Positions 33,579-44,816 of a stretch of DNA of 64,000 nucleotides are shown here, piece by piece. The notes beneath the pieces were generated by a model, which had not been told where the DNA came from, did not search any database, and saw nothing but the letters and a program-made list of their open reading frames with translations. The translations under genes and the position numbers were made by a program. Each line of letters starts with the position of its first letter. Position 1 is the first letter of the stretch. The stretch is from an uncultured delta proteobacterium (GTDB taxonomy: Bacteria; Myxococcota; UBA727; VGSZ01). The DNA lies in contig CAVZJB010000008.1 of the NCBI GenBank assembly GCA_963775425.1, forward strand, positions 160,001 to 224,000. The letters run 5' to 3'.

Positions 33579-34070
33579 ATGAGCGAAGTTGCCAGCGCCG
33601 CCGGGGCCACGGCCCCACTGCCCGCGAGCCTCAGCGCGGTCGATCGAGCCATCGCCGATACCCGCCGCCGCCTGCGCGCGCTGTGGCTGAAGGCGAGCAC
33701 CGCGGATCGCATCTTCGCCGTCGACAGGCTGCTGCGCGAGGAGCGCCTCCCCCCCGACGTGCAAGCGGGCCTCCAGGCGATGCAGGACGTCGTGCGCGAC
33801 GTCTGGGTCACCGCGCGCGTCTCCGCCACGCTTCACGGCGTCCCCGCCGACGCGCAGCTCGCGGGACTGCAGCTCACCATCGTCGAGCGCGATCGCGACA
33901 ACCACCTCGACGCGCACGGCCTGTTCGACGCGCTCTTCGTCGCCGCCGAGGGGTACCTCCGCAGCCGGCCGCTCACGGCCGGCTCCAGCTTCCGCGAGCT
34001 GTTGCACGAGCGCGATCGCATCCGCGCCCGCCTGGTGCCGATCCTGCCGCCTGTCGACGATCGCGCGTAG
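33579..34070 (+). CDS. hypothetical protein
   Basis: ATG after GAGAGGGGG; normal composition and GC-rich third positions; no recognisable motif. Confidence 0.62.
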   Translation: MSEVASAAGATAPLPASLSAVDRAIADTRRRLRALWLKASTADRIFAVDRLLREERLPPDVQAGLQAMQDVVRDVWVTARVSATLHGVPADAQLAGLQLTIVERDRDNHLDAHGLFDALFVAAEGYLRSRPLTAGSSFRELLHERDRIRARLVPILPPVDDRA

Positions 34071-34079
34071 CGCCGGCCC

Positions 34080-34460
34080 TCAGCCGGTGCCTTCCTCGTC
34101 GCCGCCGACGACGTGCAGCGCGTCGACGAGGCCCTTGAGGTGTTTGGTGGAGGGATCGCGGTGCAGCGCGAGGGCCACCGCCTCACGCGCGGCCAGCGTG
34201 GCCACGAGCGCGTCCTCGGTGTGCAGGATCTCGCGTGCGGCGAGCACGGTGTCGAGCGCGGCGTTCACGCGCGAGCGCGCCTCCCCGAGGCTGTCGTCGT
34301 CGATGATCTCCGGCGTGGAGGCGAGCGCGGCCGACGCGCTCGTGAAGCCCGCGAGGCCGAGCGCGGCGGACGCGTAGAAGCGCACCACCCGATCCGCCCA
34401 CCTTCTGGCCAACGCTTGCTTCACGGTCTCCTGCTCCCTCCGCGGCGACGCGAGCATCAT
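34080..34460 (-). CDS. hypothetical helical protein
   Basis: ATG after AGGGGG; protein-like composition; converges on the previous gene. Confidence 0.55.
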   Translation of the reverse strand: MMLASPRREQETVKQALARRWADRVVRFYASAALGLAGFTSASAALASTPEIIDDDSLGEARSRVNAALDTVLAAREILHTEDALVATLAAREAVALALHRDPSTKHLKGLVDALHVVGGDEEGTG

Positions 34461-34652
34461 GAACGACCCCCCTGCGCGCCTTCCCCAAAAGCGCGACGGA
34501 TGATCCTAACAGGCCGCGGACGTCATCGATTCCTCGAGACATACGCAGATCGACTGACAATGCGAACGAGCGCGCGGTCGGGTGTTTTTGACCCCCGTCC
34601 CGGGGAGAAATCACCCGCCCGGTGGCCCTGACGGCCGTCCCATTGCGCTGCG

Positions 34653-35159
34653 TCATCTTTGACGACGGAGTCCGTCCTGCTTCACGAGGTAGCGCGCGAA
34701 GAACGGGAGCGGCCGGCCGCTGCCGCCGCGGCGCAGGTCCTCGAGGCGGAGCTGCAGCCCGCGCAGCGCGCCGCTGTCGCCGTCGACGGCCGCCACGACG
34801 CTGATCGCGGCCTCGACGGCGTCCATCGCGTCGCGGCGCGCGCCGCCGCCGCCATCGTCGCCGTCGTCGTCGTGGAGGGCGGCGAGGTCGGCGGCGCGGG
34901 CCGCGCGCTCGAGGTGGAAGCGCCGGAACGCCGCCCGCCGCTCGTCGAGCAGCCGGCGCACCTCGCGCGCGAGCACGCCCTCGGGGGGGCAGGCGCCCGC
35001 GAGGGCCTCGAGCGCGGCGAGCGCGGCGAGCTGGGTGCGGGGCGTGTCGTCGACGGCGGCGAGGGCGCGAGCGGCGCGGGCGTCGGCGGCGGCGACGCCC
35101 GGAGCGGTGCGGGCGGCTCGCCCGCCCGCGCGCCCACGGGGCGCCCGCTTCGTCCCCAT
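34653..35159 (-). CDS. hypothetical protein
   Basis: MGTKRAPR..LPFFARYLVKQDG; follows rlpA on the same strand. Confidence 0.5.
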   Translation of the reverse strand: MGTKRAPRGRAGGRAARTAPGVAAADARAARALAAVDDTPRTQLAALAALEALAGACPPEGVLAREVRRLLDERRAAFRRFHLERAARAADLAALHDDDGDDGGGGARRDAMDAVEAAISVVAAVDGDSGALRGLQLRLEDLRRGGSGRPLPFFARYLVKQDGLRRQR

Positions 35160-35179
35160 CAGTCCCACCACTCCGACAT

Positions 35180-35743
35180 TCAAGCTCCGCCGTCCGGCGC
35201 AGGCCGGATGCGTACGCGGAGCACGCCGGGGCCGAGCATGCCGAGCTCGCGCGCGACCCTCTTCGATACGTCGAGGACGCGCGCCCTGGCGTACGGCCCG
35301 CGGTCGTTGACGCGGCAGTGCGAGACGGCGCCCGTGTCGACGACGGTGATCTCGAGGATGGTGCCGAAGGGGAGCGTGCGGTGCGCGCAGGTGCGGTCGC
35401 TCGGACGATAGCGCTCGCCGCTCGCGGTGCGGTGCCCGGCGAGCGCGTCGGCGTAGTACGACGCGAGCCCCTCCTGCGGCGGCAGCGTCTCCGCCGGCGT
35501 GGCCTCGACGGGCGCCTCGGCGTTCGGCGGCTCGGCGCTCGGCGCCTCGGCCAAGGGCGGCGCCTGCGCGGGGGGTGCCGAGGGCGGCGTGTGCGGCGGC
35601 GCGCTCTTCGCCGCGGCCCGGCGGCGGTGGTGGTGCGCGTGCTGCGCCGGCTTCTGCACCGTGGCGCACGCGCTCCCCGCCACGACGACGGCGACCGCGA
35701 CGAGCGAGGGGCGCCACGAGGACAGCGCGCCGCTCGAGCTCAC
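35180..35743 (-). CDS. rlpA: septal ring lytic transglycosylase RlpA family lipoprotein
   Basis: Lipobox-like GSAC; GLASYY..TASGE, AHRTLPFGT, VNDRGPY, DVS..A.ELG; GTG start overlaps upstream stop. Confidence 0.88.
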   Translation of the reverse strand: MSSSGALSSWRPSLVAVAVVVAGSACATVQKPAQHAHHHRRRAAAKSAPPHTPPSAPPAQAPPLAEAPSAEPPNAEAPVEATPAETLPPQEGLASYYADALAGHRTASGERYRPSDRTCAHRTLPFGTILEITVVDTGAVSHCRVNDRGPYARARVLDVSKRVARELGMLGPGVLRVRIRPAPDGGA

Positions 35744-36669
35744 TGCTCGCCCGCAGAAACGGCGGCGAGGACCTCGGCCTGCACCTGCTCCGGGGTCTTG
35801 CCGTCGGTGACGATGACGACGTCGAACGCGGACCGATCCTGATAGTCGACGCCGTAGAGCTTCTCGAGCCGGGCGTGGTCGACGTCGTCCCTGTGCGCGA
35901 TGTCCTTCATGCGCGCGGCGAGCGTCGACAGGTCGGGGTCGCCGAGGGCGACGACGGCGGCCATGGCCTCCTCGAGCGTGGCGCCCGGCTGTATCGCGAG
36001 CTCCTCGTCGATGCGCGCTCGCACCTGCGGTGACAGCTCGCGGTTGAGGTAGCGCAGCGCGCGCTCGCGCGGGCTCGCCACGAGGTAGACGCTGACGATG
36101 TTCTTTCGGCCCATGCCGGCGAGCATCTTGCCGAGGTGCCCGGCGAGCCGGCTCTCGAACACGGCGACCTCGCCCCTGCCGATCTGCTTGGCCGCGCGCC
36201 AGTCGAGCTCGACGTCGAAGCTCGCGGGCACCGTCTTGACGTACGCCTCGACGGGGACGCCGGCCTCCTCCGCCGCCGCCCGCACCAGGCGACCCGTGCC
36301 CGACGCGGCGCCGCCGAGCGCGTCCGCGACGGCCTTGGCGGCGGTGCTCTTGCCGGTGAGCTGGTCGCCGGCGATGAGGACGACGGGCTTGTCCGACAAG
36401 CTCGCCTTGAGCGCCGCGATCTGCGCCGGCCCGACGACGCCGGCGAACACCCTGGCGATGCCCCCGGCCTGCTCGGGCGGCTCCCCTGTCGTCGTCGACA
36501 CCGTCGCCGCGCCGCCGCCGGCGACGCCCCCGTGCCCCGCGCCGCTCGCGAAGGTCGCGGCGGCGCCGCCCTCGGGGCCGACGAGGCGCGCGGCCGGGAT
36601 CCCCGTGACGTCCCGCGCGCCCTGCGCGCCCGCAGACACCCGGGTGAACGGCTTGGTGCCGATCTTCAT
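35740..36669 (-). CDS. P-loop kinase resembling archaeal-type cytidylate kinase, with N-terminal low-complexity extension
   Basis: IAGDQLTGKST, G.LVR.AA, D.ELD, FESRLAG, YLVAS..ERA.R, RD..D..R..KLYGVD...FDVVI.TD. Confidence 0.7.
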   Translation of the reverse strand: MKIGTKPFTRVSAGAQGARDVTGIPAARLVGPEGGAAATFASGAGHGGVAGGGAATVSTTTGEPPEQAGGIARVFAGVVGPAQIAALKASLSDKPVVLIAGDQLTGKSTAAKAVADALGGAASGTGRLVRAAAEEAGVPVEAYVKTVPASFDVELDWRAAKQIGRGEVAVFESRLAGHLGKMLAGMGRKNIVSVYLVASPRERALRYLNRELSPQVRARIDEELAIQPGATLEEAMAAVVALGDPDLSTLAARMKDIAHRDDVDHARLEKLYGVDYQDRSAFDVVIVTDGKTPEQVQAEVLAAVSAGEQ

Positions 36670-36686
36670 CGGGGCAGAGTACCACG

Positions 36687-37289
36687 TCAGCGGTAGCGGG
36701 CCTCCACCGGAGTCACGAGGCCAAGGCGCACGAGCGAGGAGAATCCGTCGTCGCCGAGGATCACGAAGTCGACGACGGCGACGCCCACGAGCGCGCCCGC
36801 GCGCCGCAAGCGCTCGGCGAGGTCCTCGTCGCGGCTGTCGGGCACCGCGCGCGCCGGGCGGCGGGCCGCGACGACGACGCGGGACGCGCCGGCGGCGAGG
36901 GCGGAGCGCAGGACCTCGCCGGGCGCGGGGCGCACGCGCTCGCAGCGCGCGAGCGTGAGGCGCACGTCGAGCGCGAGCACCCACAGACCGTCGTCGTCGA
37001 GGCACGCGCGCGGCGCGACGATGGCGGCGACGTCGACGGGGCCGCGCACCCGCCGCGCCGCGGGCGACGGGAGCATCCACGCGCGCCGCCCGAGCTCGAC
37101 GGCCGCGAGCAGTTGGGGCCCGGCCTTGTGCGCGCGCAACGCCGCGTCGCGGGCGGGGCCGACGAGGGCGAGCGCGCGCTCGGCCGCGACGAGCTCGTCG
37201 TCGCCGGCGCGGCCGCGCAGGAGCACGCCGACGAGGTCGCGCGTAGGGAGCGTGGCGGCGCCGAGGGCGCAGAGATCGACGGTGCGCAT
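36687..37289 (-). CDS. degenerate RadC/JAB-domain protein
   Basis: QLLAAVELGRR, VRGP.DVA, P.EVLR.AL..GA, L..AG.LVG..VVDFVILG..GF.SL; metal-binding HNH absent. Confidence 0.65.
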   Translation of the reverse strand: MRTVDLCALGAATLPTRDLVGVLLRGRAGDDELVAAERALALVGPARDAALRAHKAGPQLLAAVELGRRAWMLPSPAARRVRGPVDVAAIVAPRACLDDDGLWVLALDVRLTLARCERVRPAPGEVLRSALAAGASRVVVAARRPARAVPDSRDEDLAERLRRAGALVGVAVVDFVILGDDGFSSLVRLGLVTPVEARYR

Positions 37290-37490
37290 ACGTCCCCATG
37301 ATCAGGATGCGTGCCACGCGCTCGCGGCGGAGCGAGCGCCAGGCGGCGCGCGCCGGCGAATCCCCGCGGGCGAGGCTCGTTCCGCTGCGCCGTCGCGGGA
37401 TGGCCACGTGGCGTGACGGGCGAGCGGGGCGCGGTCGCGCGTCCGGCAAGCGGGTGCGGCTCCCGTGCACGCCTCAACCGACTCGTCACG

Positions 37491-38144
37491 CTAGGGGACA
37501 TCGGCGCAGACGACGTTCGACAGGTGCCCTGCGGTGTCCTGCGTCCACACGGCGACGGCGCCGTCGGCGGCGTCCACGCAGCCGACGACGTCGAGGGTGC
37601 CGGAGCCGCCGTCCCCCGTGTCGCTCAAGATCTGGCCCGCCTGGAAGGTGAACGGCGCGAGCGACGTCGCCGTCTGCACGTAGAGCACGGGGCCGGAGTC
37701 GCTCGACGTCGTCATGTCGCCGTCGCGGTCGATGTACGCGAACGCGACGTGGATGCCGTCGCCGCTCGGCGTGCACGGGCTCGAGCGGCCGGGCGCCACC
37801 GAGAACAGCGCCGGCCCGCCGGCATCGCGGTGTCGATCCGCGCGCGCGGCGTCGCACGTGCCCGACGGCGCGCCGACACACACCGGGGCATCGCACGCGC
37901 CGGCGTCACAGCAGAGATCGCCGGCGCAGTCGCCGTCGACGGAGCAGCCCTCGCCTTCGCCCTCGCCCTCGCCTTCGCCCTCGCCCTCGCCTTCGCCCTC
38001 GCCGGTGGCCGCGGCGCAGGCGCCGTCGACGCACGCGGGCAGCGACACCGGGCAGGTCGCGTCGTTCGTGCAGCGCACGGTGTCGAACGCGCAGCCGCCG
38101 AGCGCGACGACCACGACGAGGCCCAGGGTCGACCCGCTCCTCAC
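37491..38144 (-). CDS. Cys-rich lipoprotein with (GE)9 linker
   Basis: Lipobox LGGC; Cys-rich modules flanking a Gly-Glu tract (37950-38003); GTG start inferred. Confidence 0.68.
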   Translation of the reverse strand: MRSGSTLGLVVVVALGGCAFDTVRCTNDATCPVSLPACVDGACAAATGEGEGEGEGEGEGEGEGEGCSVDGDCAGDLCCDAGACDAPVCVGAPSGTCDAARADRHRDAGGPALFSVAPGRSSPCTPSGDGIHVAFAYIDRDGDMTTSSDSGPVLYVQTATSLAPFTFQAGQILSDTGDGGSGTLDVVGCVDAADGAVAVWTQDTAGHLSNVVCADVP

Positions 38145-38390
38145 GCCGGAGAGCCTGCCCGCGCGCGCCTGCGCCGGCACCGCGCCCGAGGCGCAAGGGC
38201 CCAAAGGCGAGAGCGACCCGCTCCGCGACGCCGTCGAGGTGCAGCGCCGCGGTGTCAGGGCCTGGGCGGGGTTCATGCGCGAAGCCTACCGCCGTCGCGC
38301 GCCCCACGTGCTCGCCGGCGACGCGGGCGAGGCGAAGCTCGCGTGCGCTTCGACGTGACCCGCCGCTGGCGGGCGCCGGGGAGCGCCTCG

Positions 38391-39155
38391 CTAAAAGCGC
38401 ATGGCGGGCTTCGGGTCACGCTGCGTGCCCGTGCCCGCGAGCGGCTCCGCGGGGGACTCCTTCACCGGGTTGCCCCACACCATGTCGGCGACGCCCGCGC
38501 CGCACGCCGCGCAGGGCGGGGCGCCCAGCCCGAGCACCGCGGCGATGATCACGATGACCGCCACCGGTTGGATGGCGGCGAGGCTGCCGGCGACGCCGAC
38601 GCCGACGGCGAAGAGGCCGAGGCCGGTGGCGATGGCGCCGAGCCCGAGGCCGGGGATGGCACCGAGGAGCGCGGGCAGGGGGTCGCGGCCGTCCTTCTGC
38701 GCGCCGTACATCGCGCCGGCCGTGGCCGCGCCGGCGCCGGCGACGGGGAGGCAGACGGCGGCGCCGCACATGCCGCCCGAGGTGCTGAGCGCGACGAGCG
38801 CGGGCGTCCAGCCGACGCACGCGCCGATCGCCGCCTGGCCGTAGAGCCAATACAAAAAGCCGCCGCCCGCGCCGAGCCCCAGCGCGGGCAGGCCCATGCC
38901 GGCGGCGCACCCCGAGGCCGCGCCGGCGAGGCCGCCCATGGTGCCGGTGACCTTGTGATCGGGGACGTCGACCAGGCGGCTCGGCTGGTCCTCCACCGCC
39001 TCGGGCGCCGCCGGCGACGCGGGAGCGCCGGCCTCGGGCGCGAGCGGCTCCATCGCCGGCGCCTCCGCGGCGGCGGCGACGGGCGCGTCCGCGGGGACGT
39101 CTGCGGCGGGCGTGGCGACTTGCGCTGCGAGGCCGACGAGGAGCGGGAGCAGCAT
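38391..39155 (-). CDS. hypothetical Gly/Ala/Cys-rich membrane protein
   Basis: Signal-like N-terminus, Pro/Ala linker, several hydrophobic segments, ends AMRF. Confidence 0.6.
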   Translation of the reverse strand: MLLPLLVGLAAQVATPAADVPADAPVAAAAEAPAMEPLAPEAGAPASPAAPEAVEDQPSRLVDVPDHKVTGTMGGLAGAASGCAAGMGLPALGLGAGGGFLYWLYGQAAIGACVGWTPALVALSTSGGMCGAAVCLPVAGAGAATAGAMYGAQKDGRDPLPALLGAIPGLGLGAIATGLGLFAVGVGVAGSLAAIQPVAVIVIIAAVLGLGAPPCAACGAGVADMVWGNPVKESPAEPLAGTGTQRDPKPAMRF

Positions 39156-39219
39156 GGCGACTTGGACACCCCCGACGGCGCCGATGGAAACCGGCGGATT
39201 TGCACGCGGGCTGACGACG

Positions 39220-40581
39220 TCAGCCGAGGGGATCGTAGCCCTTGCGCGCCTTCCACACGAAGCGCGACACGAGGGCGGCCGCGGCGGCGGTGAGGCCGAA
39301 GGTGAGTCCCCACCACACACCGCGCGGCCCGAGCGGCCCGACGAGGAGCAGCACCGCGGGCATGCCCACCGCCCAGTGCGACACGAGGTGGATCGCGAAG
39401 GTCGCGCGCGTGTCGCCGGCGCCGCGCAGGGCGCCCGAGGCGACGGTCTGCAGGCCGTCGGAGAGCTGAAAGGCCGCCGCCACCGCCAACAGCGCCGCCG
39501 CCGCCTCGACGACGCCGGGCTGATCGGTCAACAGCCGCGCCAGCGGTGCGCCGCCGAAGAAGAAGAGCGCGCCCGTCCCCGTCATCGCCACGCACGACAG
39601 CGCGAGCGCTACGAGGCCGGCCTGCATGGCGCCGGGCCGGTCGCGGGCGCCGATGCGGCGGCCGACGACGACGCTGGTGGCGCTGCCGAGGCCCACCATG
39701 GCGTTGAACGTCGTCGACGCGCACTGGATGGCAACCTGGTGCGCGGCGAGCGCCTGTTTGCCGAGGCGGCCCATGGTGACGGCGGCGAACGCGAACACCG
39801 CCACCTCGAGCGCGAGCTGCAAGCCGAGCGGGACGCCGATGGTGACGATGGCCCACAGCTCGCTGCCGACGAGCGCCGCGCGCATGCGGCGCCAGCGCTC
39901 CGCCATCGATCGCGCCGGCGCCTCTCCCGCCGTTGTCTCGTCGGCGAGGGCGCGCTCGGCGGCGACGACGACGACCACGAGGCGCGCCGTCGTCGTCACC
40001 GAGTTGGCGATGCCCGCGCCGACCACGCCGTAGCGCGGCACCAGCAGCCAATCGAGCAAGAGCTCGCTCACGTTTCCGAGCACGATGCCCACGACGGGCG
40101 CGGTGGTGCGCCCGTGCGCCTGCAGCCACGCCTTCACGCTCCAGTACAACAAGAACGGCAGGATGCTCGGCGCGCGCGCCGCCATGTACGCGCGGCACAG
40201 CGGCACCACGTCGGCGTCGACGCCGGTGGCCGGCAGCGCGAGCGCGGCGACGCCCGCGAGCACGAGGATCGCCGGCGTCGCGAACAGCGCGAGCCACACG
40301 CCCTGACGAAAGCCCCGGCGCGCGCGCCGCGCGTCCCCGGCGCCGAGCGCCTGCGCGATGACCGGCTCGGTGCCGAGCACGAGGCCCATGCCGACGATGG
40401 CCAGCGTGAACAACAGCGAGTTGCCGAGGCCGACGCCCGCGAGCGCGCCGGCGGTGGTGCGCCCGACGACGGCGGTGTCGATGACGTTGATGGTCGCCGA
40501 TCCCATCTGCACCGCCGCCAGCGGCACCGCGAGCGTCACGAGCTCGCCGAGCGTGTGCGCGAGCGCGCTGCGGCTGGTCAT
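39220..40581 (-). CDS. MATE family efflux transporter
   Basis: LA.P..IDTAVVGR..LAGVGLG, AQALGAGD, LAAHQVA, FQLSDGLQ..GALRGAGDTR, G.WWGL..GL. Confidence 0.93.
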   Translation of the reverse strand: MTSRSALAHTLGELVTLAVPLAAVQMGSATINVIDTAVVGRTTAGALAGVGLGNSLLFTLAIVGMGLVLGTEPVIAQALGAGDARRARRGFRQGVWLALFATPAILVLAGVAALALPATGVDADVVPLCRAYMAARAPSILPFLLYWSVKAWLQAHGRTTAPVVGIVLGNVSELLLDWLLVPRYGVVGAGIANSVTTTARLVVVVVAAERALADETTAGEAPARSMAERWRRMRAALVGSELWAIVTIGVPLGLQLALEVAVFAFAAVTMGRLGKQALAAHQVAIQCASTTFNAMVGLGSATSVVVGRRIGARDRPGAMQAGLVALALSCVAMTGTGALFFFGGAPLARLLTDQPGVVEAAAALLAVAAAFQLSDGLQTVASGALRGAGDTRATFAIHLVSHWAVGMPAVLLLVGPLGPRGVWWGLTFGLTAAAAALVSRFVWKARKGYDPLG

Positions 40582-42056
40582 TTCATCGGGAGCTTGGCGA
40601 GCGGGCCCGTGAAGGTGATGCACCGGGTCTTCATCGGGTCGCACGGCCACTGCACGCCCTCGGTGCGCACCCACCGCAAGGACAGCGGCGTGTCGGGCGT
40701 GATGCCGAGGTGCTCGAGCTGCCGCCAGAGGTGGAAGCAGGCGTGGGCGCCGGTCTCGTTGGCGGTCAAAAACGCGCGAATGGCGCCGCCGTTCATGAGC
40801 GCCATCGAGGCGCCGGTGATGGCGAGCTCGATGGTCTTCCCGGCGTAGCTCTTGTCGACGTCGATCTTCAGGCACGCCTCGGGCAGGTCGGTGGGGTCCC
40901 AGGTCTCCTCGTGGCGCGCGATGATGTCGACGCTCACGCAGGGCGCGCGCTCGCCGTCGGCGGTGGTGCAGGGCGCGCCGCCGGGGCCGCGCATGCGCGA
41001 CGTCGGCCGCTGCGGCACCGGCTTCAGGCGCATCTGCGAGCGCGCGAACGACAACAGCGTGTGCTGCCGCATCATGACGTCGTTGCCGAGCAGGCCGATG
41101 CCGCCGTCGCTGTCGAGCGTGGAGCCGATGGCGAGCACCCTGCCGACGCTCACGCGCTGCGGCCCGAGCAGCATGGGGTCGAGGACGAAGCGGCCGCGGT
41201 TTTGCTGCTCGCCACCGACGGCGACGGTGGTGGACTCGAAGCCGACGTCGGCGGGGAGGCCGCCGTTGATGCCGATGAGCAGCGGCACCGAGGTGTTCCA
41301 GGCGCCGGTGTCGACGATGAGCGGGAAGTCGACGCCGTTGCGCATGCCCTGGGCGGTGGCCCGCACCTGGAGCTGGCGATCGCTGCGCTCGAGGTCCACG
41401 ACGTGGTCGTCGTCGCCGGCGGGGCCGCGCCCGGCGCCGAACAGCCCGACGAGGCCCTCGTCGGCGGCGATGTAGAGATCGACGTCCTGCAGGAGGTCGG
41501 CGCCGACGAGGAAGAGGTCGGGGGCGTCGCCGAGCACGGTGACCTGCACGTCGGTCCAGCGCTGCCGTCCGACCCGCACCTCATCGACGGTGAGTCGCTC
41601 GCCGTTGATGACGCTGCCGTGAGCGTCGACGGCGCGGATCGGCTTGCCGCGGGGCACGCCCTCGCCGACGATGCCGAGGCGCTCGGCCACAGGCGTGGAC
41701 ATGGTGGTGCCCATGGCGCCGGTGTCGAGAGTGGCGTCGACGTTCTGGCCGGCGACGGAGGCCTTGACGACGACGGCCATGGACAGCAACGGCGCGTCGA
41801 TGGGGAGCCAGTCGCCGTCGGGATACAGCTGCGGGAGGTCGGAGAGGTCCGAGCCCATGGCGCTCACGCGCGGCTCCTTGGGCCCGCCGGGGCGCGGCTC
41901 GCGCGAGAGGGCCACGACCTCGTCCTGGCCCGAGGACAGCACGCGCCCCGCGGGGTGACACGCGCAGAGCGCGGACGCGGCGCCGACGAGCGCGACGACG
42001 GCGACGACCGGAGGGATCGTCGAGCCGCGAGAGCCGCACGTGTGCCCGGAACGCAT
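40578..42056 (-). CDS. exported aspartic protease with two retropepsin-like domains
   Basis: Hydrophobic N-terminus with LCAC; LDTGA..LVGADLL and VDTGA..GLLGNDV. Confidence 0.82.
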   Translation of the reverse strand: MRSGHTCGSRGSTIPPVVAVVALVGAASALCACHPAGRVLSSGQDEVVALSREPRPGGPKEPRVSAMGSDLSDLPQLYPDGDWLPIDAPLLSMAVVVKASVAGQNVDATLDTGAMGTTMSTPVAERLGIVGEGVPRGKPIRAVDAHGSVINGERLTVDEVRVGRQRWTDVQVTVLGDAPDLFLVGADLLQDVDLYIAADEGLVGLFGAGRGPAGDDDHVVDLERSDRQLQVRATAQGMRNGVDFPLIVDTGAWNTSVPLLIGINGGLPADVGFESTTVAVGGEQQNRGRFVLDPMLLGPQRVSVGRVLAIGSTLDSDGGIGLLGNDVMMRQHTLLSFARSQMRLKPVPQRPTSRMRGPGGAPCTTADGERAPCVSVDIIARHEETWDPTDLPEACLKIDVDKSYAGKTIELAITGASMALMNGGAIRAFLTANETGAHACFHLWRQLEHLGITPDTPLSLRWVRTEGVQWPCDPMKTRCITFTGPLAKLPMK

Positions 42057-42127
42057 CGCGAGACTCTACCCGTGGGGCCGCGCCCGCGTCGACGCGCGGG
42101 CCTCGCGCGTCGCGCGATGGGGCGACG

Positions 42128-42757
42128 TCAGATGGAGACGGCCGCGGGCGCGGCGGCGCCGCCCGTGGCGCCGGCGGCGCCGAGTCGCTCCACGGCGGCG
42201 CGGGCGCCCACGGCCAGGAAGTACGTGGCGGCGGCCAGGCCGATCTCCGAGACGAACGACGGCAACGTGAACGCCATCACGGTTGCGGTGGGGCCGAGCG
42301 AATTGGCGGCGCTGCCGACGAGCGCGCCCGCGGCGAACGGAGACAGCAGCGAGATCAACGGATAGATGCCCGCGGCGACCGCGGTGCGGCGCACCAGGCC
42401 GTCGTCGCAGGTGAGGCGCGCGAAGCTGCGCGCGATGTCGACGAGGGCGAGCGGCAGGCCGATGATGGAGACGCAGGGGATGAGGGCGAGCGCGACGGCC
42501 GTGCCCCGCGTCATGGAAGGCCGCTCGCCGAGCCGCTCCGCGAGCGCGTGTGCCGCGGTGATGAACACGGCGCACAGGCCCACGCCGACGAAGTACAGGC
42601 CGGCGCCCGCGACGCGGCCGACGTCGGGGCTTGTGCCGAGCGTCGACGGGAAGAGCGTCGTGGCGAGGGTGAGCGCCGGCGCCGCGCACAGGCAGGCGAC
42701 GAGGGCGAGCTGAAGGACGCGCAGCGTGCGCAGGCGGCGGGGGAGGTCGCTGGTCAC
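42128..42757 (-). CDS. hypothetical multi-pass membrane protein
   Basis: Five to six hydrophobic segments; GTG start inferred. Confidence 0.5.
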   Translation of the reverse strand: MTSDLPRRLRTLRVLQLALVACLCAAPALTLATTLFPSTLGTSPDVGRVAGAGLYFVGVGLCAVFITAAHALAERLGERPSMTRGTAVALALIPCVSIIGLPLALVDIARSFARLTCDDGLVRRTAVAAGIYPLISLLSPFAAGALVGSAANSLGPTATVMAFTLPSFVSEIGLAAATYFLAVGARAAVERLGAAGATGGAAAPAAVSI

Positions 42758-42807
42758 CCCTCCATCGTAGCAAGCCGCGCCGCCGGCGTCGGCGGCGCGA
42801 CCCCGCG

Positions 42808-44208
<1,401 letters not shown>

Positions 44209-44360
44209 GGATGCCTGCTTTTGTGGAAGGACGAAGGGGCGCGGAGGCTCAGCCGCGCTCGCTCACGTCCGGGCAATGAAACACGACGCCACGAAACCAC
44301 ATGGGCAAATTGTAGCGGTCGCTTTCGCACCCGACAACCCCGGAGGGTACACTGCGACCG

Positions 44361-44816
44361 ATGCGTTCAGCGCTCTTGCTCCTCGCCTGGTGCTCGCTCG
44401 CCCCGTGGGTCTTGGGCGCGGCGGGCTGCTCCCACGACGTCGGCGGGCCCGTCGGAGGCGAGGGCGAGCTCCCCGCCGGCGAGGGCGAAGGAGAAGGCGA
44501 AGGCGGTTGCTCCACGACGCCCGTCGACGGCCTGGTGGTTCGCGTGCTCGACACGGCCACCCAGTTTCGGCTCTGCGACGCCCAGGTGCGGATCCACGAC
44601 GGCGGCTACACCGAGACGCTCGCCCTCATCGGCGACGGCCCCAACGGCGCCCAGGACTGCCAATACCAGGGCGCGGCCGATCGCCCGGGGTCCTACGCCA
44701 TCGACGTCACCGCGCCGAACCACAGCTCGGTGACGGTGACCGACGAGGAGGTCACGCCGGGCGCCTGCGGGCACCCGGTGCAGACCATCCTCACGGTGCC
44801 CATCAATCCTGCGTGA
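44361..44816 (+). CDS. small lipoprotein with (GE)4 linker
   Basis: Lipobox AAGC, GEGEGEGEG, beta-rich domain with paired Cys. Confidence 0.72.
   Translation: MRSALLLLAWCSLAPWVLGAAGCSHDVGGPVGGEGELPAGEGEGEGEGGCSTTPVDGLVVRVLDTATQFRLCDAQVRIHDGGYTETLALIGDGPNGAQDCQYQGAADRPGSYAIDVTAPNHSSVTVTDEEVTPGACGHPVQTILTVPINPA

Noticed and set aside
34659-35411. Plus-strand 250-aa ORF
   Set aside because: Overlaps rlpA antisense; the minus-strand frame fits operon direction better.
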